DNA of 64,000 bases from Longimicrobiales bacterium (GTDB lineage: Bacteria > Gemmatimonadota > Gemmatimonadetes > Longimicrobiales > Gaopeijiaceae): positions 1,376,001-1,440,000 of the forward strand of contig CAXXKM010000001.1 in NCBI GenBank assembly GCA_963664435.2. Direction: 5' to 3'. Made by a program: the position numbers and the translations under genes. This document shows, one piece after another, positions 9,801 to 16,598 of this stretch (within the stretch, counting starts at the first letter, position 1; each line of letters begins with the position of its first letter). A model generated the notes under the pieces. That model saw only the letters and a program-made list of their open reading frames with translations, was not told the origin of the DNA and made no database searches.

Positions 9801-10170
9801 CCTCCCGGTCGCTGATGAAGGCGATGGTCGACCCGTCGGGCGAATACCGCGGGTGGTAGTGGGTGGCCACCCCCGTGCCCCCGGTGAGCAACTCGGCCTC
9901 GCCGCCGTCCTCGGCCGCGACGCGGTAGACGTGGCCCAGCAGGTCGAATGCGACCCACCGCCCATCCGGGGAGATGTCCATCGACATCCAGGTCCCCTCC
10001 TCGGTGGTGAAGTCGATGTCGCGGGTCTCGCCCCGCGCCAGGGTCACGTCCCATTCACCGTTGTCTCCGCCCCCGGCCTCCTGGGATGCAAGCGGGAACG
10101 CGAACACAAGGAGCGCACCGAGGGCTGCGAACGACGATCGGATCGCGGGAGACGGTCGGGGAGGGCGCAT
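6835..10170 (-). CDS. Secreted PD40/TolB-like beta-propeller + amidohydrolase
   Basis: Signal peptide, repeated PxWSPDG, PGFIDMHAH, GSHGQ, GSIEEGKLADLLVL. Confidence 0.92.
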   Translation of the reverse strand: MRPPRPSPAIRSSFAALGALLVFAFPLASQEAGGGDNGEWDVTLARGETRDIDFTTEEGTWMSMDISPDGRWVAFDLLGHVYRVAAEDGGEAELLTGGTGVATHYHPRYSPDGSTIAFISDREGQNNLWVMDADGSNPRSVFLDGAIRAVEPAWSADGNYIFVRRQNTAPGGGGGGIWMYHRDGGEGIQVVDDQPSAAWPSASRDGRHLYFHVYTGPPGLQGRDALAGHWQVRRKDLASGEIVNITSGTAAQQVRASSGSAYAAEISPDGRYLAFARRIAGGTISYRGHAFGPRTALWIRDLETGREHVAMDPITVDNAEGIKTLRILPGYGWTADGSGIVLTQGGRIRRLDVASGEVTTVPFSARVQRTVSEMTRADFRIDDGPFDAKMLRWYALSPDGARVAFQAVGRIWTAPAGGGAPTRLTPGDGPFEYSPAWSPDGRWVAYTTWEGGEGGHVWKIPSGGGAPEQLTTSPSEYVHPVWSPDGSEVVVTRGSGAASRARSATQNPYWELWRVPAAGGAQARITTIPSGAGGLLGNRRQITRASFGPEGRIHFPAGHEADDGDNVTALMSVAPDGSDPRVHATIPYGDEFVISPDGDRVAFQEGDNVFWAPLPPGGVGGGPVALEKSGAPVPVTQLTTEGGLFPRWLDNDRIEFGSGQSFFVHDAAAGATDTMAIRLSVDRRIPSGTLALTNARIVTLDDRAVHESGTVLVNGSRITCVGACDASGADRTLDMTGKTIVPGFIDMHAHHYREHKGLIPRRDFESAIYLAYGVTTNLDNSMWSQNVFASAELIRAGEVVGPRTYSTGDPLYRGDAARQNDLTSYEVAEQNINRLASWGATALKQYLQPRRDQRQWVSDIARRKGLMVTSENNDTPYTIGMIMDGQTAFEHPMTYLPMYRDLSRFLGETGATYSPTFIVGGIGPWNEEFFFAESEVWLDPKQREWLPWRQVIPHMRRRWERPDTDYSFPLIALGMMDVIEAGGWGAIGSHGQAHGIGSHWEIWMVESATDPMTALEVASLHGAVFLGAEEDIGSIEEGKLADLLVLNSNPLDDIRNTTDIMYVVQGGIVRDALSLDEVWPSDEAFGEHWWVDPDAWRMDNRPVDFWDRGSR

Positions 10171-10323
10171 GGATGTTCTCTCGCGGTCAAATAGTCGCTT
10201 TCTTCACCAGAGGCGAGCCTGAGGCACTCCATCCCGCGTCGAGGGATGGCTCCTCTGGAGATAGAGCGCGGGCAGCTTCCCGAGCAAGGTCGATCCATGC
10301 GCCCCCCGGCGGAGCGCGAACGA

Positions 10324-10451
10324 CTGGCCGACATCCCCGCGGTTCGCCTACTCCCCTGGCCGACATCCCTGCGGCACGCCTACTCCCCTGGCCGACGTCC
10401 CCGTGGCACGCCTGCTCCCCCGGCCGATGTCCCCGCGGTTCGCCTACTCCC
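10324..10451. repeat. Four tandem 32-bp repeats overlapping the ARPP-1 stop codon
   Basis: Units at 10324, 10356, 10388, 10420; consensus CTGGCCGACATCCCCGCGGYWCGCCTACTCCC; no spacers. Confidence 0.95.
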
Positions 10452-11502
10452 GGCCGCGCCGGCGCCGGAGCGACGCCCGCCGCTGCCGGTAGCTCGTGTA
10501 CGCCCCGGGATCGTCCCCGGCAGTGGCGCGCGTAGGCTCGGAGAAGGCGGTCAGGTGCAGCGCGACCTCCTGATGGATCAGCGCCCCCGCGATCGCGCCC
10601 CTCGCCACGACTCCGACGTCATGCCCCAGCGCGACCGCCGGGTGGACATCGAATGCCCCTTCCAGCAGACGGCTGACGAAGGCTCGCGCGTGCTTCCGCT
10701 TCGCCGCCCGGTCGCGAGCAGCCGGCCGCTCCATCGCGTCGATGGCGTAGCTGCGCACCAGCTTCGGAAAGAACGCCGCGAAGGTTTCGGGCTTGTCGAA
10801 AAGATCCAGGCCGACCTGACGCCTGTCGGTGACGAAGATGGCCCCGACCTGGCCGGCATTGAGGGACAGCTTCTCGACGTAGTCGTCCAGCGTGGCCCCG
10901 TGGCGCTCGTAGATCGCGCTCATCGCCTCGGTCGCCGAGGGCGCTTCCATGCGGTTGGCTTTCGCGCGCACGGAGTCCCATACCGCGCCCTGGTCCGAGC
11001 GCCGGGTCCCCGTCGTACGCATCGATTCGTGCACGGTGTGGAGTCTCTGCGCCCGCCCGCGGCTGTATTGCACCCGCTCGGTCACGGTGAAGTCGGGCCG
11101 GCTGTAGCCCCAGCGCCCGGCCTCCACGCACGACACCGGGATGGTCGTGGTACGCTCGGCCGGTACCAGCAGGGTGAGGTTGGCGATCCGGTTCTGCTTG
11201 GCGCCCACCAGCTCCTCGCCATCGACGATGAGCACGTCGGAATCCGAGCGGTTCTCGACCGCGAGATTCGGGACGCTGCCTCCCTCGTCCACTTCCCGGA
11301 CCGAAACCAGCCCGGTGTGCAGACCTTCCTCGAGGAGCAGGTAGCGGACGGAACTCCGGAGATCCGACGTCAGCGGAAAGACGGTCAGGCCGGCGAAGTG
11401 TCCGGGCTTTCCGACCGACAGGCTGGAGAGCGCGGCCCGGGCGCTGTCGATGGGGGTTTGGATGGCATGAGCGTCGGAGTCGGCAAGGGACGGTTGGCGC
11501 AT
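10444..11502 (-). CDS. ARPP-1 / DUF6569 family protein
   Basis: LTVFPL, EVDEGGSVPNLAVEN, DGEELVGAKQNR, IPVSCVEAGRW, SDQGAVW, KLVRSYAIDA; AAGGAG RBS before ATG 11502. Confidence 0.85.
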   Translation of the reverse strand: MRQPSLADSDAHAIQTPIDSARAALSSLSVGKPGHFAGLTVFPLTSDLRSSVRYLLLEEGLHTGLVSVREVDEGGSVPNLAVENRSDSDVLIVDGEELVGAKQNRIANLTLLVPAERTTTIPVSCVEAGRWGYSRPDFTVTERVQYSRGRAQRLHTVHESMRTTGTRRSDQGAVWDSVRAKANRMEAPSATEAMSAIYERHGATLDDYVEKLSLNAGQVGAIFVTDRRQVGLDLFDKPETFAAFFPKLVRSYAIDAMERPAARDRAAKRKHARAFVSRLLEGAFDVHPAVALGHDVGVVARGAIAGALIHQEVALHLTAFSEPTRATAGDDPGAYTSYRQRRASLRRRRGRE

Positions 11503-11520
11503 GGTGGTATCTCCTTGTAT

Positions 11521-11610
11521 GTTGTCAGTAATCACCAGTTGTTGTCAGTATACAGACTTGACCGGCTTATGTCAACAGTAGTTATCAGTTGATACCAGTA
11601 AACGACACTT
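11521..11610. repeat. 10-bp-phased direct repeats (CAGTW), candidate regulator-binding array
   Basis: CAGT(A/T) at 11526, 11536, 11546, 11576, 11586, 11596 and CACTT at 11606. Confidence 0.85.
11547..11575 (-). promoter_or_regulatory. Sigma70-type promoter for the ARPP-1 gene
   Basis: Minus strand TTGACA (11575-11570) - 17 bp - TATACT (11552-11547); opposing TTGACC at 11558 forms TTGAC-N8-GTCAA. Confidence 0.85.
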
Positions 11611-11651
11611 CCGGGCACAACCGAGGGCGCCGGCAGCCTTAGAGGCAGAGA

Positions 11652-12476
11652 ATGGGCAGCTACACGACGAAGGAACTGGAGCGCGACACCGGCTTCGGCC
11701 GGAGGACGATCGCGTATTACGTACAGGAGGGCCTGCTGCCCCGGGTCGGCCGGCGAGGGCCCCGCACCCGCTATCCCGAACTGGTGCGGGATCGGCTCCT
11801 CTTCATCCGCCGCGTACGCGAGGCCGAGGCGGAGGGTGAGATCCGGCCGGTGCCCCTCCGCGACCTGCGCGGGTTGTTCGAAGCCCTGCCCCAGGGGCTG
11901 GTCGCGAGCGTCGCCGCCGGGGAGACCCCGATGACCGGCGACATCGTGTCGCTTTCATCCGTCGATCAACGTTCGATGGTCGACCGGGTGGCCGCGCTCA
12001 GGAAGCGGCTCCTGGCCGAGCCGCCGGAGCTGGCTCTCAGGTCCCCGGCGCCCCCCCTCCACGAGAGCGAGAGGATGTCCCCGCCTGCGGAAAGGCCCCG
12101 GGACCTCGATGACGACTGGACGCACGTGGCCGCTCCTCGGCCGCCGGAATCGTGGCTGGATGACGATGTCGTCGCCGACGCACCGAGCCCGCCCGGGAGT
12201 CCCGCGGAGCCGGACGAGGACGCCGATGCCCTCGGGAACCAGCTGTCCTGGGTGCTGAACGAGCTCCGGGCCCAGGCCCGCCGCCGGCACGAACTTGCTC
12301 CGGACACGATCGACACCTGGTCGCAGGTCGAGGTTACGTCCGACATCCGACTCGCGATTCGGGGGATGGCGGACGAGGACGCGTTCCTTCTGCGGGTCGC
12401 CGGCCGCCTGCTGCGGCAGCTGCTGGAGAGCCGCACTCCGGCGGCGGAACGAAGCTCGGACGAGTTCGAGGAGTAG
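11652..12476 (+). CDS. MerR-like HTH regulator with uncharacterised C-terminal region
   Basis: YTTKELERDTGFGRRTIAYYVQEGLLPRVGRRGPRTRY...RLLFIRR; C-terminal WSQVEVTSDIRLAIR. Confidence 0.85.
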   Translation: MGSYTTKELERDTGFGRRTIAYYVQEGLLPRVGRRGPRTRYPELVRDRLLFIRRVREAEAEGEIRPVPLRDLRGLFEALPQGLVASVAAGETPMTGDIVSLSSVDQRSMVDRVAALRKRLLAEPPELALRSPAPPLHESERMSPPAERPRDLDDDWTHVAAPRPPESWLDDDVVADAPSPPGSPAEPDEDADALGNQLSWVLNELRAQARRRHELAPDTIDTWSQVEVTSDIRLAIRGMADEDAFLLRVAGRLLRQLLESRTPAAERSSDEFEE

Positions 12477-12508
12477 GCACCGGACCGGCACCGGACCGGC
12501 ACCGGGCC
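12476..12508. repeat. Three tandem 11-bp intergenic repeats
   Basis: GGCACCGGACC x2 then GGCACCGGGCC. Confidence 0.8.
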
Positions 12509-12516
12509 TGCAGACC

Positions 12517-13437
12517 GTGGAGCCGAGCCGCGGTTCGGCCGCAATCGCGGCGGAAAGCGCCTGCCGCGCGATCGGCCTGGAGTCCTCCGACATCCTGAGC
12601 GCGCGGCCCGTCGGAGGCGGGTGCATCAACCAGGGCACCGCCCTTCGCACCACCCGGGGCGACTTCTTCCTGAAGTGGAACCGGCAGGCCGATCACCGCT
12701 TCTTCGGCGTGGAGGCCGAGGGCCTGGAGGCGCTGGAGGCCGCGGACGCCCTGCGCGTGCCGGCGGTCATCGCCGCGAGCGGGCCCGGGGATGAGGTCGC
12801 CTGGCTGCTCCTCGAGTGGATCGAGGAGGGTCGGCCCGGCAGACGGGACTGGATGCGGCTGGGGCGGGAGCTGGCCGCGCTGCACCGGCATGCGGGCCCG
12901 GCAGGGCCGGGGGCTCGCTTCGGATGGCCCGACGACAACCTGATCGGGTCACTGCCGCAGCCGAACGGGTGGAGCGCCGAGTGGCCCGGCTTCTGGGCGG
13001 AGCGCCGCATCCGTCCGCTGGCGAGGGAGCTTCGCGTGCGGGGCGCCCTGTCGCGGGCGCAGACAGCCGTGGTCGAGGCGGCGGCAGCGCGCGCGGACAA
13101 ACTCCTCGGTCCGGCGGTGGCCGCGGACGGCCCTTCCCTGCTCCACGGCGACCTCTGGTCGGGCAACGTGCTTTTCACCCGCGAGGGCGCCCCCGTCCTC
13201 ATCGATCCGGCGGTGTACGTCGGTCACCGCGAGGTGGACCTGGCCATGGCCGACCTATTTGGTGGCTTTTCCGGGATCTTCCGCGAGGCCTACGAAGACG
13301 CCTGGCCTCTCCAGCCGGGCTACCTGCGGCGGCGGCCGGCGTACCAGCTCTATCCACTCCTGGTGCACGCTAGGCTCTTCGGGGGCGGCTACGCGGCATC
13401 CGCGGTCTCGGCGGCGAGGGCGGCGCTGGGGCTATGA
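12517..13437 (+). CDS. Fructosamine/ketosamine kinase family protein
   Basis: VGGGCIN, FFLKWN, PSLLHGDLWSGN, LIDPAVYVGHREVDLAM, YQLYPLLVH; start approximate. Confidence 0.92.
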   Translation: MEPSRGSAAIAAESACRAIGLESSDILSARPVGGGCINQGTALRTTRGDFFLKWNRQADHRFFGVEAEGLEALEAADALRVPAVIAASGPGDEVAWLLLEWIEEGRPGRRDWMRLGRELAALHRHAGPAGPGARFGWPDDNLIGSLPQPNGWSAEWPGFWAERRIRPLARELRVRGALSRAQTAVVEAAAARADKLLGPAVAADGPSLLHGDLWSGNVLFTREGAPVLIDPAVYVGHREVDLAMADLFGGFSGIFREAYEDAWPLQPGYLRRRPAYQLYPLLVHARLFGGGYAASAVSAARAALGL

Positions 13438-13754
13438 AGATTTCCGAACGAGGCCAGATCACGATTCCCAAGCGCCTGCGAGAGCGCTTCGGTTTCCGTC
13501 CGGACGTTGAAGTGCAAATCACGCCGGCGGAGGGTGGACTACTCATACGCAAGCAAACGAACTCCGAACATCCCAGAGCCGTGATCCGGCGCCAACCGCC
13601 GTCGTTTGCCGCCGTTTCGCCCGGTGCAGCCCGAGGCCATATCATCCTTGCTGGGGTCGTAGCGCCCGCGGTCGGGCCGGCGCATGGGGGTGAACGGCGC
13701 GTGGCCGCGGGCCGGACGGCCCCGGGGCGAAGCGATCCTTCGTTCGAGCGGTGA
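13434..13754 (+). pseudogene. Orphan AbrB/SpoVT-type antitoxin N-terminus running into unrelated sequence
   Basis: MKISERGQITIPKRLRERFGFRPDVEV...GLLIRK for about 47 aa, then no recognisable family; no toxin follows. Confidence 0.65.
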
Positions 13755-13772
13755 ACTCCTCGGGGAGGCAAG

Positions 13773-15020
13773 ATGCGATTGACGCGGATCGGTGTGGTCT
13801 TCTTGACGGGGCTTCTCACCTCGGCGCCCCCGGTCCTGCAGGGACAGGACGGCGTGCCGCGGGTCACGCTCGCGGAGGCGCTGGACGCCTTTGCCGAGAA
13901 CAGCCTGGCGCTGCGCATTGCGCGGGCCGAGGCGGCGGAGATTGCGGGACGGGCGCGCCAGAGTCGGAGCTACGCCAACCCCGCCATCTCGCTCCTGCGC
14001 GAGGATCTGAGCCGTTCGGGCGACGACTACTGGGAAACAACCGCGGGGCTGATGCAGCGCATCGAATGGCCGGGGCGTACGGCCGCCCGCGGCGTGGCCG
14101 CCCGCCACACGATCACCGGGGCCGGCGCCCGGTTCCGCGCCGACTCGCTGCAGTTGGTCTTCGTCGTCCGCGAGGCGTACGTGGGCGCCTGGCTTGCGGA
14201 GGAGGCGGAGCAAACGATCGGGCAGGCCGCGGAGATGATCCAGGTGGTGACGCGAGCGGCCGAACAGCGGCTCGAGGCGGGCGACATTTCGGGGTACGAA
14301 ACCCGTCGGCTGCGCCTGGGCCGGATTCAGGCCGAGAAGGACGAGGCGGACGCGGAGCTCCGGGCCCGCGCCGCCCGCCGGCTGCTGGCGTCGCTGGTTC
14401 TGCCGGCGGTTTCCCTGCACGAGCTGGGACCCGCCGATGCGATTGTGGGCATTCCTCCGGCCATCGCTTCCGGAGCCGCCCTCGATGCCCTCGCCCGCCG
14501 TCCCGACCTGGAGGCGGCCGCGCGCGAGCTGGACGCGGCCCGAGCCGAGCACAGGGTCGCGAACCTGGGGTGGGTGCCCGATCCGACCCTGAACCTGGCG
14601 TACAAGGAGCACGCCGACGGCTTCAAGGGCGCCACGGTCGGGGTGGACCTGCCCCTCCCGATCTTCAACCGCGCGGGGGGCGCCCGGGACGAAGCCGCCG
14701 CGCGCGAATCGGCGGCCCTCTCCAGCCTCGATCTTCTCCGGCGCCAGGCCGAGCTCGACCTGGTGGACGCGTCCGACCGGTACTCGGTCGCGCGTGAGCG
14801 TCTGGAGGGCACGGGCGAGGGCATCATGGCCGAGGCGGAGGTCCTACTGTCGGCGGCGAGGGTGGCGTACGATGAAGGCGAGATGACGCTGGTGGAGTTT
14901 CTGGACGCGACCGGCGCCTTCCGGGACGCCCGACTCAGCGCGCTCACCCTTCGGGCCGAAGCCTGGCTCGCCTACTACAACCTGCTGCGCGCCATGGGTG
15001 CCTCCGGGGAGGAGTCATGA
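13773..15020 (+). CDS. TolC/CzcC-family outer membrane efflux protein
   Basis: Signal peptide, ALARRPDL, LPLPIFNR, AYDEGEMTLVEFLDA; first gene of an RND operon. Confidence 0.9.
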   Translation: MRLTRIGVVFLTGLLTSAPPVLQGQDGVPRVTLAEALDAFAENSLALRIARAEAAEIAGRARQSRSYANPAISLLREDLSRSGDDYWETTAGLMQRIEWPGRTAARGVAARHTITGAGARFRADSLQLVFVVREAYVGAWLAEEAEQTIGQAAEMIQVVTRAAEQRLEAGDISGYETRRLRLGRIQAEKDEADAELRARAARRLLASLVLPAVSLHELGPADAIVGIPPAIASGAALDALARRPDLEAAARELDAARAEHRVANLGWVPDPTLNLAYKEHADGFKGATVGVDLPLPIFNRAGGARDEAAARESAALSSLDLLRRQAELDLVDASDRYSVARERLEGTGEGIMAEAEVLLSAARVAYDEGEMTLVEFLDATGAFRDARLSALTLRAEAWLAYYNLLRAMGASGEES

Positions 15021-16585
15021 TGAGGGGAGCCATGAGGAGGGGAGTCGGGATGGCGCCGGGGTCGGGGGCCGCGACTGCGCCGAGGCCCGGGATCGCCGGC
15101 CCGCTGGTGTGCGGGATCGCCGCGCTTTGGTGCATCGGTTGCGGTTCGGGCGCGGACGATCTTCCGCCGGAGCCCGATCCGGCCTTTGCCGGGGGCGCGG
15201 TCGTAACACACTGGACCGACGCCCTCGAGCTCTTCGTCGAGTACCCGCCGCACGTGCGCGGGCTGGCGGGCGACGTGTGGGCGATCCACCTCACCTGGCT
15301 CGCGGACTGGTCGCCGGTCGAGGAGGGCAGCCTGACGCTGGCGCTGGAAGGGCCGGGTGGAGCGCGCGAGGAGATCGTGATGCCCGCGCCCGCCCGGTCG
15401 GGCGTCTTCACGACGGCTCCCGTGCTGCCGGTGGCCGGGATCTGGCGCGCCGACTTCAGGCTTGCCGCCCGCGGCCGCGAGTACCCGGTCCCGGTGGGCG
15501 AATTCGAGGTCTTCGAGAGCGTCGACGCCCTGGTCCCGGAAGAGGATGTCCCGTCGTCCGGCCTGATCACGCTTCTCAAGGAGCAGCAGTGGACGATGCC
15601 CTTCGCCGTGGCGGCCGCCGAGGAGCGCAGCATTCCCCGTTCGATTCCCGCGGCCGGAGAGATCGTCGCGCCTGCCGACGGCCTCGCGCACGTCTCCGTG
15701 CCGGTCACCGGACTGGTGGTCGTGCAGGGTCCCACGCCCGCCCCGGGGGACGCGGTCGCCGCGGGGCAGACGCTCGCGCTGATCGCCCCCACCAGCCTGG
15801 ACGACTCGTTCGCGCGCATGCAGGTGCGGGTGGCGCACGCGGAGCGGGAGGCGACGCGCGCGGAGCGGCTGTTCGCCGCCGAGGCCATCCCGGAACGCCG
15901 CCTGCTGGAGGCCCGCCACGAACTGGAGGTGGCGCGCGCGGCCTTCGCCGCCGTGGGCGGGATACAGGCGCCGGAGGGCGACGAGGCCGCGCACCTCTAT
16001 GCGCTGCGCAGCCCAATCGGGGGCGTCCTCTCGGAGCGCCATGTCGCTCCCGGGGAGCAGGTGGAGGCGGGCGCGCACGCCTTCACGGTGGTCGATCCGG
16101 CGACGCTCTGGTTCATCGCCCGGCTGCCGGCACGCGAGGCCGCGGCGGCGGGAGGGGTGCGGGAGGCCTGGTTCACGGTCGAGGGGGCGAACGCGACCTA
16201 CACCACCGACCGGGTGGTCTCCACCGGCACCGTCATCGACCCCGAGACCCGCACCCTGCCGCTGCGCTTCGCCATCGCCAACCCGGACGGGACGCTGAAG
16301 GTGGGCATGCTGGCCGAGGGGCGGCTGCTCACGGGAGAGCCGGTCACCGGCGTCGCCGTCCCGTCCGCGGCGATCCAGGACGAGGACGGGCTCGGGGTCG
16401 TCTACGTCGAAGTCGGCGGGGAGAGCTTCCAGCGCCGGGTGGTGGAGCCGGGGCCCTCCGACGGGGTCTGGACGGCGGTCTCCGGCGTGGCAGCCGGCGA
16501 GCGGGTGGTCACCGGGGGCGCCTACCAGGTGTTCCTCGCGTCGCTGGGTGAAGCGGACCTCGCCGATCACGGGCACACACATTGA
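15017..16585 (+). CDS. RND periplasmic adaptor (CzcB-like)
   Basis: THWTDALELFVEYPP, LKEQQW, LRSPIGG, IDPETRT, GERVVTGGAY, His-rich end DHGHTH. Confidence 0.9.
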   Translation: MMRGAMRRGVGMAPGSGAATAPRPGIAGPLVCGIAALWCIGCGSGADDLPPEPDPAFAGGAVVTHWTDALELFVEYPPHVRGLAGDVWAIHLTWLADWSPVEEGSLTLALEGPGGAREEIVMPAPARSGVFTTAPVLPVAGIWRADFRLAARGREYPVPVGEFEVFESVDALVPEEDVPSSGLITLLKEQQWTMPFAVAAAEERSIPRSIPAAGEIVAPADGLAHVSVPVTGLVVVQGPTPAPGDAVAAGQTLALIAPTSLDDSFARMQVRVAHAEREATRAERLFAAEAIPERRLLEARHELEVARAAFAAVGGIQAPEGDEAAHLYALRSPIGGVLSERHVAPGEQVEAGAHAFTVVDPATLWFIARLPAREAAAAGGVREAWFTVEGANATYTTDRVVSTGTVIDPETRTLPLRFAIANPDGTLKVGMLAEGRLLTGEPVTGVAVPSAAIQDEDGLGVVYVEVGGESFQRRVVEPGPSDGVWTAVSGVAAGERVVTGGAYQVFLASLGEADLADHGHTH

Positions 16586-16598
16586 CGGGTATCGGCTG

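Noticed and set aside
10324..10451. 32-bp repeats as a CRISPR or other guide array
   Set aside because: Units are contiguous with only scattered substitutions, no unique spacers and no cas genes
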